The notes: a model not told the origin generated them from the letters alone. Positions 11,740-23,138 are shown, counted from the first letter of the stretch. The stretch is 64,000 nucleotides of DNA from an archaeon (GCA_024278985.1 JAJRSC010000015.1:21836-85835), one strand, 5' to 3'. Program-made: numbers and translations.

Positions 11740-12276
11740 TTGGATGATGAAGAATTTATTAGAGAAAAAGATATTCCTATGACCAAAGAAGAGATTAGGG
11801 CTATTTCATTATATAAATTGGAGTTAAATAAGAATGATATAGTTGTAGATGTTGGTTGTGGAACTGGGGCTATGAGTGTAGATATTGCAAAAAGAGTTAA
11901 AAAAGTCTATGCTATAGATGTTAATAAAAAGGCTATTGAATTAACTAAAAAAAATATTGAGAAATTTAATATTAAAAACTGTGAAGTTATTCATGGAAAT
12001 GCTAAAGAAATATTAAAAAACCTTAACTTTAATAAAGCCTTTATAGGAGGAACTAAAAATATAGAAGAAATATTAAAAATTTTAGTTCAAAATGATACTA
12101 AAATTATAGTTACAAATACAATTATCTTAGAAAATACTTTAAAAATTTTAAGTTTTTTAGAAAATTTTTATGACTGTTCAGCAGTTTTAGTTAATATATC
12201 CTATTCAAAAAAAATAACTCCTGGGCATATGTTTTTATGTAGAAATCCTATAACTATTATAAAGGCGAAAAAATGA
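11740..12276 (+). CDS. cbiT: Cobalt-precorrin-6B C15-methyltransferase CbiT
   Basis: PMTKEEIR, DVGCGTG SAM motif, NPITII. Confidence 0.9.
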   Translation: MDDEEFIREKDIPMTKEEIRAISLYKLELNKNDIVVDVGCGTGAMSVDIAKRVKKVYAIDVNKKAIELTKKNIEKFNIKNCEVIHGNAKEILKNLNFNKAFIGGTKNIEEILKILVQNDTKIIVTNTIILENTLKILSFLENFYDCSAVLVNISYSKKITPGHMFLCRNPITIIKAKK

Positions 12277-12617
12277 GTCTTATTCAAATTGTTGGATTAA
12301 TATTTTGTATTTTTATGCTTATTAATTCAATAGTTAAAACAAAAAGAAGAGAAATATCTATTTTTGAAGGGTTTATTTGGAGTTTAGTTTGGATTATTGC
12401 TTTAATACTTATATCCTATCCTAATTATATGAGTGATTTAGCAGAATATTTTGGAGTTGGGAGAGGTATAGATGTTGTTATTTATTTATCAATAATTATT
12501 TTATTTTATTTAGTTTATAAATTGTATGCTAAAATAGATAAATTGGAAAGAGAAATTACTCTATTAGTTAGAGAAATAGCAATAAGGGATAGATATGAAC
12601 CAAAAAAGAGAAATTGA
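12273..12617 (+). CDS. DUF2304-family membrane protein
   Basis: Three TM segments, GVGRGID, LEREITLLVREIAI. Confidence 0.8.
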   Translation: MSLIQIVGLIFCIFMLINSIVKTKRREISIFEGFIWSLVWIIALILISYPNYMSDLAEYFGVGRGIDVVIYLSIIILFYLVYKLYAKIDKLEREITLLVREIAIRDRYEPKKRN

Positions 12618-12804
12618 ACTATTTCTATATGAAGTTTTACCTTATGTTTCAAATGTAGAGTTTATAAAAGAGCTTATATTATCATGTAAAAATCTTGATG
12701 AGCTAAAGAAAAAAGTAGAAGAACTTTTAAAAAAAGAAACAGATATAACTAAAAAAACAGATTTAAAAATAGTTTTAGATAAGTTAATGGTGTATAAACA
12801 ATGA
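12595..12804 (+). CDS. Small conserved hypothetical protein
   Basis: ORF fills the operon gap and overlaps both neighbours. Confidence 0.6.
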   Translation: MNQKREIELFLYEVLPYVSNVEFIKELILSCKNLDELKKKVEELLKKETDITKKTDLKIVLDKLMVYKQ

Positions 12805-13394
12805 TAAAAATATTTTATGGTGTTGGTTGGAGCTCAAATACCTATTTAATTGATAATATCATTATAGACCCTGGAACTGAGGAAAATGTTAATTTTATTT
12901 TAGATAATGTTAAAAAAGTAGATTTTATTATTAATACACACTGTCATTATGACCATACCTCAGGAAATTATATTTTAGAGGAAATTTTTGGATGTCCTAC
13001 TATAATTCATGATAGAGAAGTTAAGCATTTAAAAAATGCTGATGAAGTTACTGTATCCTATTTATTTAACTCAAAATTAATACCACCAAAAGAAATAATT
13101 CCATTATCTGAAATTGTTGATGAGTTAAATTTTGAAATTATTGAAACTCCTGGCCATACTTATGGTTCTATATCATTAATATATAAAAATTATTTAATAA
13201 CTGGAGATACTTTATTTTCTAATTCAATTGGAAGATGGGATTTTCCTACTGGAAATTTTGAAGAGCTAAAGAAATCAATTTATTTATTAGAAAATATTTC
13301 CTATAAAAAAGGAATTGATACAATTCTTCCAGGTCATGGAGAAATAGCTGATTTAAAAGCTTTTGAATATGCTAAAATATTCTTAGAGGGATAA
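12801..13394 (+). CDS. MBL-fold metallo-hydrolase (glyoxalase II-like)
   Basis: THCHYDH, TPGHT, TGDTLF, PGHG motifs. Confidence 0.9.
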   Translation: MIKIFYGVGWSSNTYLIDNIIIDPGTEENVNFILDNVKKVDFIINTHCHYDHTSGNYILEEIFGCPTIIHDREVKHLKNADEVTVSYLFNSKLIPPKEIIPLSEIVDELNFEIIETPGHTYGSISLIYKNYLITGDTLFSNSIGRWDFPTGNFEELKKSIYLLENISYKKGIDTILPGHGEIADLKAFEYAKIFLEG

Positions 13395-13395
13395 A

Positions 13396-14205
13396 ATAAG
13401 ACAAATAGCAATTTATGGGAAGGGGGGTATTGGAAAATCAACAACTGTATGTAATTTGGCAGCAGTTTTAGGAGAAAGATATAATGTTTTAGTTGTTGGA
13501 TGTGACCCTAAAGCAGATTGTACTACTTTGTTAAGAGATGATGAAGAAATTCCAACAGTTTTAGAGTTATTAAAAGAAAAAAAAGATATTGATATAGATG
13601 ATTTTATAGTTAAAGGATATAATGGTGTCTATTGTGTTGAGTCTGGAGGACCAAAACCAGGAGTTGGATGTGCTGGGAGAGGGATAATAGCAGTTAATAA
13701 CTTATTAAAAAAGCTTAATGTATTTAAAAAATTAGATATAGATATAGTTATTTATGATGTTTTGGGAGATGTTGTATGTGGAGGTTTTGCTGTTCCATTA
13801 AGAGAGTTAAGTGAAGTTTATATAGTAACATCATCAGATTATATGGCCTTATATGCAGCTAATAATATATGTAGAGGAATAAGGGAGATAAATAAGGCAA
13901 AACTTGGAGGAATAATTTACAATGTTAGGGGAGCATTTGATTATTATGATATTGTAGAGGAGTTTAGTAAAAAAATTAATTCTAAAATTATTGGAAAGAT
14001 TCCCAACTCCTCTTTAATAGTCAAGGCAGAACTTTATGGTAAGACAGTTATTGAACTATATCCTGATAGTGAAATAACTAAAAAATATGAAGAATTAGCT
14101 AAAAATATAATTAACAATAGAGATTATACTTTACCAAATCCTTTAACAAATAAAGAATTAAAAACTATTAGTAAAAAAATAAAGGAAAAAATTAGTTCTC
14201 ATTAA
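13396..14205 (+). CDS. cfbC: NifH-like Fe protein, probably Ni-sirohydrochlorin a,c-diamide reductive cyclase CfbC; starts at ATA
   Basis: ATA-RQIAIYGKGGIGKST Walker A lies upstream of the tracked ORF; GCDPKAD, ESGGP.PGVGCAGRG, DVLGDVVCGGFA; no nifDK nearby. Confidence 0.75.
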   Translation: MRQIAIYGKGGIGKSTTVCNLAAVLGERYNVLVVGCDPKADCTTLLRDDEEIPTVLELLKEKKDIDIDDFIVKGYNGVYCVESGGPKPGVGCAGRGIIAVNNLLKKLNVFKKLDIDIVIYDVLGDVVCGGFAVPLRELSEVYIVTSSDYMALYAANNICRGIREINKAKLGGIIYNVRGAFDYYDIVEEFSKKINSKIIGKIPNSSLIVKAELYGKTVIELYPDSEITKKYEELAKNIINNRDYTLPNPLTNKELKTISKKIKEKISSH

Positions 14206-14977
14206 ATATAGCTCTATATAATTCTAAATTATATTTTTTTGCTGTTTCATAGGCATCTATAATACTCCAAATCCATACAGCTAAGCATATAATAGTTCCA
14301 ATGCAAATAAATGTTAATAGCACTCCAATTAAAAATAAAACTATCATTAAAACCCCTTTTCCAGTATCACCTAAGTATATCTGTCCTAATCCAGGTATTA
14401 AAAAGGATAGAATAATTGCCAATACTTCATTCTTTTTATATTGTTCATATAATAATTTTTTTTCTTCTAAACTTTTATCTTTTGCCAATTTTTTTATTTC
14501 ATCTATTTCCATACTTTCACTCTTTATAAAACTAAAAAATATAGGAACAATATAAAATACTATAGTAAAGCCAAATATAAATCCAGTAATGAATCTTAGA
14601 GTATTAAAACTCTCTCTTAATCCTAATAGCTGGGTACCTCCATCCAAACCTATAGGAATTAATGATAATATTAAATATTTTTTATTTGGTATTTTAAAAT
14701 TATTTAAACCTTTAATAATAGGATATAAAATATATCCTAACAAAAATCCAGTATATATTCCAAAACATCTTGCACATACAGCCATTTTATACCCTAAAAT
14801 AAAATAACTTCTTTCTGGCATTTGATGACATACATGAGAGTATAGATAATATAATAAATTAGAGAGAAAATCATAATTATAATATTTAAATATTGGAGCT
14901 AAAAATATACCTAAGTAATAAAAAATGTATAATAATAAAAAAACAAGATAAAGTTTATCTATTTTTGATAACTGCAT
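14192..14977 (-). CDS. DUF2085 membrane domain fused to TM2-domain protein
   Basis: CHQMPERS and CARCFGIY (DUF2085); LAIILSFLIPGLGQIYLG (TM2). Confidence 0.75.
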   Translation of the reverse strand: MQLSKIDKLYLVFLLLYIFYYLGIFLAPIFKYYNYDFLSNLLYYLYSHVCHQMPERSYFILGYKMAVCARCFGIYTGFLLGYILYPIIKGLNNFKIPNKKYLILSLIPIGLDGGTQLLGLRESFNTLRFITGFIFGFTIVFYIVPIFFSFIKSESMEIDEIKKLAKDKSLEEKKLLYEQYKKNEVLAIILSFLIPGLGQIYLGDTGKGVLMIVLFLIGVLLTFICIGTIICLAVWIWSIIDAYETAKKYNLELYRAIFNEN

Positions 14978-15338
14978 ATATTACTCCACCAACAGCTCCA
15001 AGGATTCCTCCAATTATTATACTAAATATAATTCCTATTATAAAGAAACCAGCAGCAAATCCATACATAAACATATCTGAGTGGATAATTTTAGACATTG
15101 CTATTATATAATTTAAAATACCTCCCAAAAAACCACCAAATAGCCCTGCTAAACATCCAATAAAAGCAGAATTTTCATAATTAATAAATCCACCATTTTT
15201 TTTATATAAATAAACTGCTACAATTCCGCCTGCTAAACTACCTAAACAACATAAAACATTTACTGCAGTTCCTACAATTCCCCCAACTATAATAGGTAGA
15301 GATATTTTATCTTTATCAAATTTTACCAAAATAGACAC
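14955..15338 (-). CDS. Gly-rich integral membrane protein
   Basis: Multiple hydrophobic helices with GGxxG repeats. Confidence 0.65.
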   Translation of the reverse strand: MSILVKFDKDKISLPIIVGGIVGTAVNVLCCLGSLAGGIVAVYLYKKNGGFINYENSAFIGCLAGLFGGFLGGILNYIIAMSKIIHSDMFMYGFAAGFFIIGIIFSIIIGGILGAVGGVIYAVIKNR

Positions 15339-15452
15339 CTTATTATTTTATAATTATATGTAAAATAGTTAATAATTATTTAAAAACTTAACCATTAATT
15401 ATTAATTAATGATATATATTAAATTATCTTATATAAGATGTTAGGGGATTTT

Positions 15453-16322
15453 ATGGAATTAACAGTTATTCAAAGAGAAATCTTACAAGAATTAATAAAC
15501 CTATATAAAGAAAAAAATAGACCTATAAAAGGAACGGAAATTGCTTTAAGATTAAATAGAAATCCTGGAACTATAAGAAATCAAATGCAATCATTAAGAG
15601 CTTTGGACTTAGTTGATGGAGTTCCTGGACCAAAAGGTGGCTATGTTCCAACAAGTAAGGCCTATAGAGTTTTAGGAATTGAAGATGAGGGAGGTATTAT
15701 AGTCCCTATTTATAAAAATGGGAAAAAAGTTGATGGTATAAAAGTTGTTAAGATAGAATTTGATACTGTTAGTTATGAAAAATGTTGTTCATCAAAAATT
15801 TATATTGAAGGAGATTCTAAACTTTTTAATATAGGAGATATAATAAGAGTTGGTCCAACATATCATAACAAGATTATAATATATGGTAAGATAATAGGAA
15901 GAGATGATATACATAGAATACTATTAATTGATGTATTTAGAGTTTGTAGTATTCCAAATGTTAGAGTTAAGGATATTGGAACAAAGAATGTTATTTCAGT
16001 ATCTCCAAAAAATACACTTAGAGAGACAGTTAAGATTTTTAAGGAATATGACATAAGTGGAGCTCCTGTTGTAGAGAATAATAAATTAGTAGGGATAATA
16101 ACTTTAAGAGACATTATAAATAATATAGATGACTTAAGTAGATATGTCTCAGAGGTTATGACTAAAAAAGTTATTACTATAAATAAAGATGAAAAAATAT
16201 ATAATGCTTTAAAGATTATGAACTCTAATAATATTGGAAGGTTACCTATAGTTGAGGAGGGTAAAATTATTGGAATTGTAACAAGAACTGATATTTTAAA
16301 AATATTAAGTGGGGAGGTATAG
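15453..16322 (+). CDS. HTH (HrcA-like winged helix) plus CBS-pair regulator
   Basis: QREILQELI..NRNPGTIRNQM..GPKGGYVPT N-terminus; two CBS domains (SGAPVV, GRLPIV). Confidence 0.85.
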   Translation: MELTVIQREILQELINLYKEKNRPIKGTEIALRLNRNPGTIRNQMQSLRALDLVDGVPGPKGGYVPTSKAYRVLGIEDEGGIIVPIYKNGKKVDGIKVVKIEFDTVSYEKCCSSKIYIEGDSKLFNIGDIIRVGPTYHNKIIIYGKIIGRDDIHRILLIDVFRVCSIPNVRVKDIGTKNVISVSPKNTLRETVKIFKEYDISGAPVVENNKLVGIITLRDIINNIDDLSRYVSEVMTKKVITINKDEKIYNALKIMNSNNIGRLPIVEEGKIIGIVTRTDILKILSGEV

Positions 16323-16925
16323 GCAAACTGTAAGATATGAAAAATCTTTATTAACAATATCCTTTAATTTTAGTTTTCTAATTCTTTCATTATCATATGT
16401 AAGATTTTCAAGTACATACAAGTAGATATTTTCATTAACACCTAAGGAAATTAGTTTTTTTGCATCCTCATTTAATTTATTTGGTAAAAAAATAACTTTT
16501 TTATTATTTTTTAATAGAATAGATAATATTTCCAAATTTTCTGGTTTTCCATGTAAGGTAATAATTTCAAAATCTTCCCAAGAAATTTTCAATTTTGCAG
16601 CAGCTACTTGTATAGACGAAATCCCTGGAATAACTTCAATATTATTTAAATCTATTCCAATTTTTTTTATAGTTTTTAATAAACCACTAAATCCAGGGTC
16701 TCCAGTTGATAAAATTGCTATATTTTTATCTTTATATTTTTTTATAATATCCTTTAATTCCTCAATAATATTTTTTCCCAGAATAATTTTTTTCTTGTCA
16801 TCTATATCAAAAAGATTCAAAGCTCTTTTACTACCAACTACAATATCAGCAGAATTTATAATGTCTATTGCTTTTAAAGTTAAATATTTCTTATCTCCAG
16901 GCCCAATTCCAACAATATATATCAT
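16305..16925 (-). CDS. cbiE: Cobalt-precorrin-7 C5-methyltransferase CbiE
   Basis: IVGIGPG, STGDPGFSG, IPGISS, ENLTY. Confidence 0.9.
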   Translation of the reverse strand: MIYIVGIGPGDKKYLTLKAIDIINSADIVVGSKRALNLFDIDDKKKIILGKNIIEELKDIIKKYKDKNIAILSTGDPGFSGLLKTIKKIGIDLNNIEVIPGISSIQVAAAKLKISWEDFEIITLHGKPENLEILSILLKNNKKVIFLPNKLNEDAKKLISLGVNENIYLYVLENLTYDNERIRKLKLKDIVNKDFSYLTVCLYLPT

Positions 16926-17014
16926 ATTTATAACCTCCAGTTTTTTTAGGTTAATATTATATATATAACATTAACTACATAACAATAGTAATTTATTACT
17001 CAAAAGGTGAAATA

Positions 17015-17860
17015 TTGTTAAGAGGAAAAGATGCAACATTAGCAGGAATAATAAGAGTAATTATAGAAGATGAGCCACAAACACAGGATGAAATAGCTGA
17101 AAAATTAGGAATTAGTAGAAGATATGTAGCAAGATTATTAAAGCCATTAATTGAAGAGGGAATAGTTAAGCATCCATATGTTGTAGATATGAATAAACTA
17201 CATAGGACAAATTTAAAATTTGATGATGAACTTCTATTAAAGGAAATTATAAAGCTATTAAAAGAAATGAAAAATACAATAGTTAACAATTTAGATTTAG
17301 TCTATAAGGCATTAACTGAAAATAATACAAAATTAGCTGAAGAAATTATTTTAAAAGATTACTCTTTAAATAAGATGGAAGAGGAGATAAGATTACTTTT
17401 AAATACAAGTGCATTAAAATATCTACCATTAGCTTATGCAAATGCATTTTTATCCATTGCTTCAAATTTAGAAAGATTAGGAGATTATATTGCTAATATA
17501 GCAGAGGAAATTGTTAAAGGTTTTAAAATTAATAATTTTATAGAAGAGGAAATTACTGAAATTTTTAATATTTTAAAGTGTATGATTAATGAAGCTATAG
17601 ATGTAATTACTGAAAAAAAGAAAGAAACTAAGATTTATGAGTATGAAGAAAAACTACATCATTTATTAAATAAGATTTTAAATAAAGTTCTTAACAATAA
17701 AATTGATGACTTAAACTTTTATATTTTATTTGGTATGTTTTTAAAGGATGTTGAAAGATTTGGGGATAGATGTGTTAATATTGTTGAGATAGCTTTAGAA
17801 CTATATCATAACATCCCAAGAAAACCATATCCAGAGAGATTAGTTAGAGGGCATATATGA
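17015..17860 (+). CDS. HTH-PhoU family regulator
   Basis: [19 protein letters not shown]; LERLGD and VERFGD PhoU repeats. Confidence 0.85.
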   Translation: MLRGKDATLAGIIRVIIEDEPQTQDEIAEKLGISRRYVARLLKPLIEEGIVKHPYVVDMNKLHRTNLKFDDELLLKEIIKLLKEMKNTIVNNLDLVYKALTENNTKLAEEIILKDYSLNKMEEEIRLLLNTSALKYLPLAYANAFLSIASNLERLGDYIANIAEEIVKGFKINNFIEEEITEIFNILKCMINEAIDVITEKKKETKIYEYEEKLHHLLNKILNKVLNNKIDDLNFYILFGMFLKDVERFGDRCVNIVEIALELYHNIPRKPYPERLVRGHI

Positions 17861-18477
17861 GAGAGTTTATTTTTAAAGCAAATAAAACAATAACATCTCC
17901 AAATATTAATTTAAAAGACCTACCTGGAAGTTGTGGAAGGTTAGATTTAGTTTGTAGATGTGTAAGTGATGCCTTTTTTTTGTCTCATGATATTAGAAGA
18001 GATGTTATATTTTATGCTCTTCTTTATGGAGAACCAAATCCACCAGTATGTATTAAATTTGTTGGTGAAGAATTAAAAAAGGTTTCACCTGATGAGAGAA
18101 GTATAGCAATATTTATAAAGAAGGCACTAAAAAAATATTTAGATGAGAATAAAAAAGATGATTGGATAGAATCAACACCTGGAATTTATGTAAGAAAGTT
18201 GGATTTTGAGACACTTATAAAACAAAAAATTATAGAAAATAAAGATGTTATCTATTTACATAAAAGTGGAGAAAAAGTTATTAGCAATCTAAAATATGAG
18301 AATCCTGTATTTATACTTGGAGACCATATAGGACTATCCAAGGAAGATGAAGAATTATTAAATTCATTAAATATTAAAAAAATCTCAATATCTCCATTAG
18401 AATTACATGCAAATCATTGTATTACAATAGTACATAATTTATTAGATAAAACTAAGTTTTGGGGAGGTATATTATGA
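17857..18477 (+). CDS. trmY: tRNA pseudouridine(54)-N1 methyltransferase TrmY
   Basis: [38 protein letters not shown] motifs. Confidence 0.9.
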   Translation: MREFIFKANKTITSPNINLKDLPGSCGRLDLVCRCVSDAFFLSHDIRRDVIFYALLYGEPNPPVCIKFVGEELKKVSPDERSIAIFIKKALKKYLDENKKDDWIESTPGIYVRKLDFETLIKQKIIENKDVIYLHKSGEKVISNLKYENPVFILGDHIGLSKEDEELLNSLNIKKISISPLELHANHCITIVHNLLDKTKFWGGIL

Positions 18478-19187
18478 GTGAAATTCTTGCAACTTTTACA
18501 GGTAGAGGGATAAAATTAACAGATGATTTATTAGAGAAACCTTTTATAAAATGGGATAATTTAGAGATAAAATTGTATCCTGATAAAATTGAATTTGATT
18601 TAAATAATATAATATTTGATTATCCTATTGAGAATATTGTAGATATTGGTAGAAAACTACCTAAAGAAATAATTGATAAATCTAAATTTTTCTCTGGAAC
18701 TATTGAAATATATAGTACTATAACAGTTTTGGAAAATAATGAAGAAGAGACTACTTTTGCATTTTCTCCAGAAACTAATATTTATGGAAAAAAACCTATT
18801 GAGACATTTTTAAGAAAATTATTTCAACTATTGTTAGAAGACAAAGAGGTATTTTTTAAAATTGAAAATGATGATTGGAAAAAGGGAACTCTTAAATTTG
18901 TAACAGAAAAGATTAAAGAGAATTTTATTATAAAATATGTGAATAAATTAGTTGTTCAATATAATAATGAAAATTATGATTTATTTACAAATATTAAAAA
19001 TCTTTTAATTGTAGAACATAATGTCTTAGGAGAAAATAGGCCTACATTGGAGATATTACAAAAAGTAAATGGAAAAAAAAGAAAAGTATATTTATATATG
19101 GAAGATAAAAAAATAAAATTATTTTTATTAAGATACTTATAGGAAATTTTAGATTATAAATTTGAAATAATTGAATATTTAGGGTGA
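18474..19187 (+). CDS. Hypothetical protein, possibly CheF/DUF439-like; TAG at 19140 may be an erroneous early stop
   Basis: ATG after GGAGG; frame stays open after TAG 19140-19142 to TGA 19185-19187, which overlaps the next gene's SD; family call weak. Confidence 0.5.
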
Positions 19188-19192
19188 GTATT

Positions 19193-19450
19193 ATGGATAT
19201 TAAAGTTGGAGATTATGTAGTTTATATAAATACAGGTACTAAAGGAAGAGTTGTAGATATAAAAGAAATAGATGGAGAAATTTGGGTTGTATTAGATAAT
19301 GATTTAATGTATAAACCATATTTATTAAGAAAAATTAATAAAAAAGAGGATTATGATAAAGATAAAGATGAAGATTATAAAGAATTAGTTAAGGAAGAAG
19401 ATGAAAAATATGATATTCAAGACTTTGGGGATGCTTGTGGAGCTGGATAG
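19193..19450 (+). CDS. DUF2098-family protein
   Basis: [16 protein letters not shown] and C-terminal ACGAG. Confidence 0.75.
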   Translation: MDIKVGDYVVYINTGTKGRVVDIKEIDGEIWVVLDNDLMYKPYLLRKINKKEDYDKDKDEDYKELVKEEDEKYDIQDFGDACGAG

Positions 19451-20498
19451 AATTAAAAAGGCACAATCTATTATTTTAAAAATTTTAAAAGAAAAAGGTA
19501 GAGATAAATTATATGATTTAAGTGGATTATCTGGTGGTTTTTTAATAAAAAGAGAAGATAAAGATTTATTAAATACCTATATTTGTAGTGCATACTTTTC
19601 TGAAAAGGTTAAGGAACTTGGTTTAAAACATCTTGGTGGAGAGGAATGTGTAGGATTTAATAGAACAAGTTCAGCTATTTTATCAACAATCTTAACATTA
19701 AAACCAAAAAAGGTAGTTCATTATCTTCCAGAACTTCCAGGACATCCTTCAATATTGAGAAGTTGTAAGTTAGTCAATGCAGAATATTTTGAATCTAATA
19801 ATATAAATGAAATATTAAAAAGAATTGATAAAGATACCTTAACAATAATTACTGGCGCTACAATGGATTTAAAGGTTATTGACTTAAACAATTTTAAAAT
19901 AGTTATTAAGAAAGCTAAAGAAGAAAATAGTATTATCTTTGTAGATGATGCCTCTGGAGCAAGGGTAAGATTATTATACAATCAACCAAGAGCTTTAGAT
20001 TTAGGGGCTGATTTAGTTGTTACAAGTACAGACAAACTAATGGATGGTCCAAGAGGAGGATTATTATCTGGAAAAAAGGAATTAGTTGAAAAAATTTATG
20101 AAACAGGATTAAAATATGGTTTAGAAGCTCAACCTCCTATATTGGCAGGAATGTATAGAGCATTGGAAAATTTTAGTTTAGAAAGATTAAAAAAAGCTTT
20201 TGAGAGGGCTAAAAATATAGACCTATCTAAGTTAGATGAACTAAATATAAAATATGAAAAAACACCTACTGGATTTGTTATAAAAAAAATTGTTGATAAT
20301 GATGAAGAAAATTTAAAAAAATTGGTTAATACTGCTTTATATCTTTTAGAATATTATGGTATCATAACTATAACTGCCCTTGGAGCTCCAGGAGCAAGTA
20401 AAAGTTTAAGAATAGATTTAACTTCAAAAGATGCAGAAAGATTAGATGATGAATATATTGTAAATGCAGTATATGAAAGTATTATAAAAGTTAGGTGA
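19431..20498 (+). CDS. SelA-like PLP-dependent protein (MJ0158/TIGR03576 type)
   Basis: [35 protein letters not shown]. Confidence 0.85.
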   Translation: MLVELDRIKKAQSIILKILKEKGRDKLYDLSGLSGGFLIKREDKDLLNTYICSAYFSEKVKELGLKHLGGEECVGFNRTSSAILSTILTLKPKKVVHYLPELPGHPSILRSCKLVNAEYFESNNINEILKRIDKDTLTIITGATMDLKVIDLNNFKIVIKKAKEENSIIFVDDASGARVRLLYNQPRALDLGADLVVTSTDKLMDGPRGGLLSGKKELVEKIYETGLKYGLEAQPPILAGMYRALENFSLERLKKAFERAKNIDLSKLDELNIKYEKTPTGFVIKKIVDNDEENLKKLVNTALYLLEYYGIITITALGAPGASKSLRIDLTSKDAERLDDEYIVNAVYESIIKVR

Positions 20499-20504
20499 GT
20501 GTAA

Positions 20505-21158
20505 ATGCATATTGTTGGAGTTTTAGAAATAGCAAAAGATATTTTAAAGGCAAATAAAAGATTAGCAGAAAAAAATAGAAAACTATTAGATAAATACAAT
20601 GTTAAGGCATTTGATTTTTCTGGAGCTATAGGAAGTGGAAAAACACTACTAATAGAAAAACTAATAGATGAACTAAAAAACAACTATAGAATTGCATGTA
20701 TTGCTGGTGATGTTATTGCTAAATATGATGCTGAAAGATTAGAAAAAAAAGGTGTTAAAGTTATTCCTTTAAATACTGGAAAAGAGTGTCACTTAGATGC
20801 TCATTTAGTATCTCATGCATTGGAAGAGTTAAATTTAGAAGACATAGATATTTTATTTATTGAAAATGTTGGTAATTTAATATGTCCTACAGACTTTGAT
20901 TTAGGAGCACATAAAAGAATATTAGTAGTTTCTACTACTGAAGGAGATGATATAATTATTAAACATCCTGATATTGTTAGAAGTTCAGATTTAATAATAA
21001 TTAATAAAATAGATTTAGCTGAATATGTTGGAGTTGATGTAGATAAGATGGTTAAAGATGCTAAGGAAATAAATCCTAATGCTGAAGTTATAAAATTAAG
21101 TTTAAAAACTATGGAGAACTTTGATAAAGTTAAAGATTATATTTTAAAGAACTTATAA
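20505..21158 (+). CDS. hypB: Hydrogenase nickel incorporation GTPase HypB
   Basis: GAIGSGKT, ECHLDA, ENVGNLICP, NKID. Confidence 0.96.
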   Translation: MHIVGVLEIAKDILKANKRLAEKNRKLLDKYNVKAFDFSGAIGSGKTLLIEKLIDELKNNYRIACIAGDVIAKYDAERLEKKGVKVIPLNTGKECHLDAHLVSHALEELNLEDIDILFIENVGNLICPTDFDLGAHKRILVVSTTEGDDIIIKHPDIVRSSDLIIINKIDLAEYVGVDVDKMVKDAKEINPNAEVIKLSLKTMENFDKVKDYILKNL

Positions 21159-21159
21159 A

Positions 21160-21978
21160 TTATTTCACTATTTTATGTTTATCTATTAATTTATGAATTT
21201 CTTCAGAAAATTCAGATTTTTCTCTATCAACAAACTCTCCAACAATTATTTTTCCTTTTAGTTCTTCCTCACTCATATTTTTAGCTTTGTTTATATTTAT
21301 TGAATTTTCTTTAATATATTTTAATAATTCAATATTATTTTTGAATTTATTTAATCTTCCAAAATAAGTATAGCATTGAGAAACAACCTCAATAAAAGCA
21401 AATCCTTTTTTATTAATTCCTTTTTTAATACTTCTCACTAATTGAAAAGGATGTGCAGTTGTCCATCTGGCTACATAACTTGCTCCAGCTGCTTCTGCTA
21501 ACTTACATAAATCTAAAGGATTCTCAATATTTCCATATGGGGCAGTTGTAGCTACTTTTTCCTCTGGTGTTGTTGGGGAAACTTGTCCTCCAGTCATTCC
21601 ATAAATGTAGTTATTTACACATATAACAGTTATATCTATATTTCTCCTACAGGCATGAATAAAATGATTTCCTCCAATAGCTCCAGTATCTCCATCTCCA
21701 GTAAAACAGATAACGGTTAATTCTGGATTTGCTACTTTAATACCTGTTGCAAATGCTAAAGCTCTACCATGGGTAGTATGTAAGGAATCTAAATAAAAAT
21801 AACCTGGAATTCTTGAGGAACAACCAATTCCTGATGTTAAAACAACCTTATCTAAATCTAAATTTAATTCATCCATTGCTTTACATGTACAATTAATTAT
21901 AATCCCTATTCCACAACCAGGACAAAAAATATGTGGTAGCCTATCTTTTCTTAAATATTTTAGTGCAAAATGTTCCAT
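21160..21978 (-). CDS. korB: 2-oxoglutarate:ferredoxin oxidoreductase beta subunit
   Basis: FCPGCG, GIGCS, GDGD TPP motif, YGMTGGQ. Confidence 0.9.
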   Translation of the reverse strand: MEHFALKYLRKDRLPHIFCPGCGIGIIINCTCKAMDELNLDLDKVVLTSGIGCSSRIPGYFYLDSLHTTHGRALAFATGIKVANPELTVICFTGDGDTGAIGGNHFIHACRRNIDITVICVNNYIYGMTGGQVSPTTPEEKVATTAPYGNIENPLDLCKLAEAAGASYVARWTTAHPFQLVRSIKKGINKKGFAFIEVVSQCYTYFGRLNKFKNNIELLKYIKENSININKAKNMSEEELKGKIIVGEFVDREKSEFSEEIHKLIDKHKIVK

Positions 21979-21986
21979 TTTTTCAC

Positions 21987-23138
21987 CTAAAAGTTTTTAT
22001 ATGCCATAATAATTTCCTCAGGAGTATGTAACTCTCCTCCTATTTTTGGTACTAATTTAACCTTACATAATCCTTTACTTGCTCTTTCAACCTCTCTAAC
22101 TATCTGTCCTAAATTCATTTCAGGAACTATAATTTTTTCTGTTTTTTTGGCAACTTCATAAATTATTTCATCTGGAAATGGCCAAACAACATTTAATTTA
22201 ATATACCCTGCTGCTATATCCTGCTCTCTTAATTCTTTTACAGCAATTTCTCCTGCTCTTGAAGGAGAACCATAAGAAACTATAACAACATCAGAACAAT
22301 CATCTAAATATTCAGCAGTATAATCCCATATTTCTTTTTTATGTCTTAAAATCTTTTCATTTAATCTTTTTACTAATTTTGCATGTTCAACAGGGTCAGA
22401 AGCAGCATCTGGATATCCTTTTTCATTATGGGATAAACCAGTAACATGAACTCTATAGCCCTTACCAAATATTGGCATTTTTGGAATTAAATCATCATCT
22501 GGTTTAAATGGTAGTTCATTCATACCAACTTTTCTATTAATAATCTCTATGTTATCATAATCTGAGATAATTACTTTTTCTCTCATATGTCCAACAACTT
22601 CATCACTCATAACCATTACTGGAACTCTATATTTTTCAGCATAATTAAATGCTTTTATAGTATATTCAAAACATTCTTGGACTGAAGAAGGAGAAAGTGC
22701 AATTATTTGATAATCTCCATGACTTCCCCATTTTGCTTGCATCATGTCTCCTTGACTTGCTAAAGTTGGCTGTCCTGTTGAAGGACCTCCTCTTTGAACA
22801 TTTACAATTACACATGGTGTTTCTGTCATTACTGCATAACCAATATTTTCCTGCATTAAGCTAAATCCAGGGCCAGATGTGGCAGTCATAGACTTTAAAC
22901 CTGCCCATGATGCACCAATAACAGATGCTAAAGCACCAATTTCATCCTCCATTTGAACAAACTTTCCACCAATATGAGGTAATCTTAAGGCCATTCTTTC
23001 AGCAACTTCTGAGGATGGAGTTATTGGATAGCCTCCATAAAATTTACATCCTGCTACAATAGCACCCTCAGCTATAGCAATATTTCCCTGCATAAAATAT
23101 TTTCCAGGTTTTAATCTTCCTTTATCATCAAAATTCAT
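21987..23138 (-). CDS. korA: 2-oxoglutarate:ferredoxin oxidoreductase alpha subunit
   Basis: GYPITP, QMEDE, TATSGPG, RGGPSTGQPT, PEMNLGQ. Confidence 0.92.
   Translation of the reverse strand: MNFDDKGRLKPGKYFMQGNIAIAEGAIVAGCKFYGGYPITPSSEVAERMALRLPHIGGKFVQMEDEIGALASVIGASWAGLKSMTATSGPGFSLMQENIGYAVMTETPCVIVNVQRGGPSTGQPTLASQGDMMQAKWGSHGDYQIIALSPSSVQECFEYTIKAFNYAEKYRVPVMVMSDEVVGHMREKVIISDYDNIEIINRKVGMNELPFKPDDDLIPKMPIFGKGYRVHVTGLSHNEKGYPDAASDPVEHAKLVKRLNEKILRHKKEIWDYTAEYLDDCSDVVIVSYGSPSRAGEIAVKELREQDIAAGYIKLNVVWPFPDEIIYEVAKKTEKIIVPEMNLGQIVREVERASKGLCKVKLVPKIGGELHTPEEIIMAYKNF

Noticed and set aside
13396-14205. True nitrogenase nifH
   Set aside because: No nifI, nifD or nifK adjacent; methanogens carry a NifH-like CfbC for F430 synthesis
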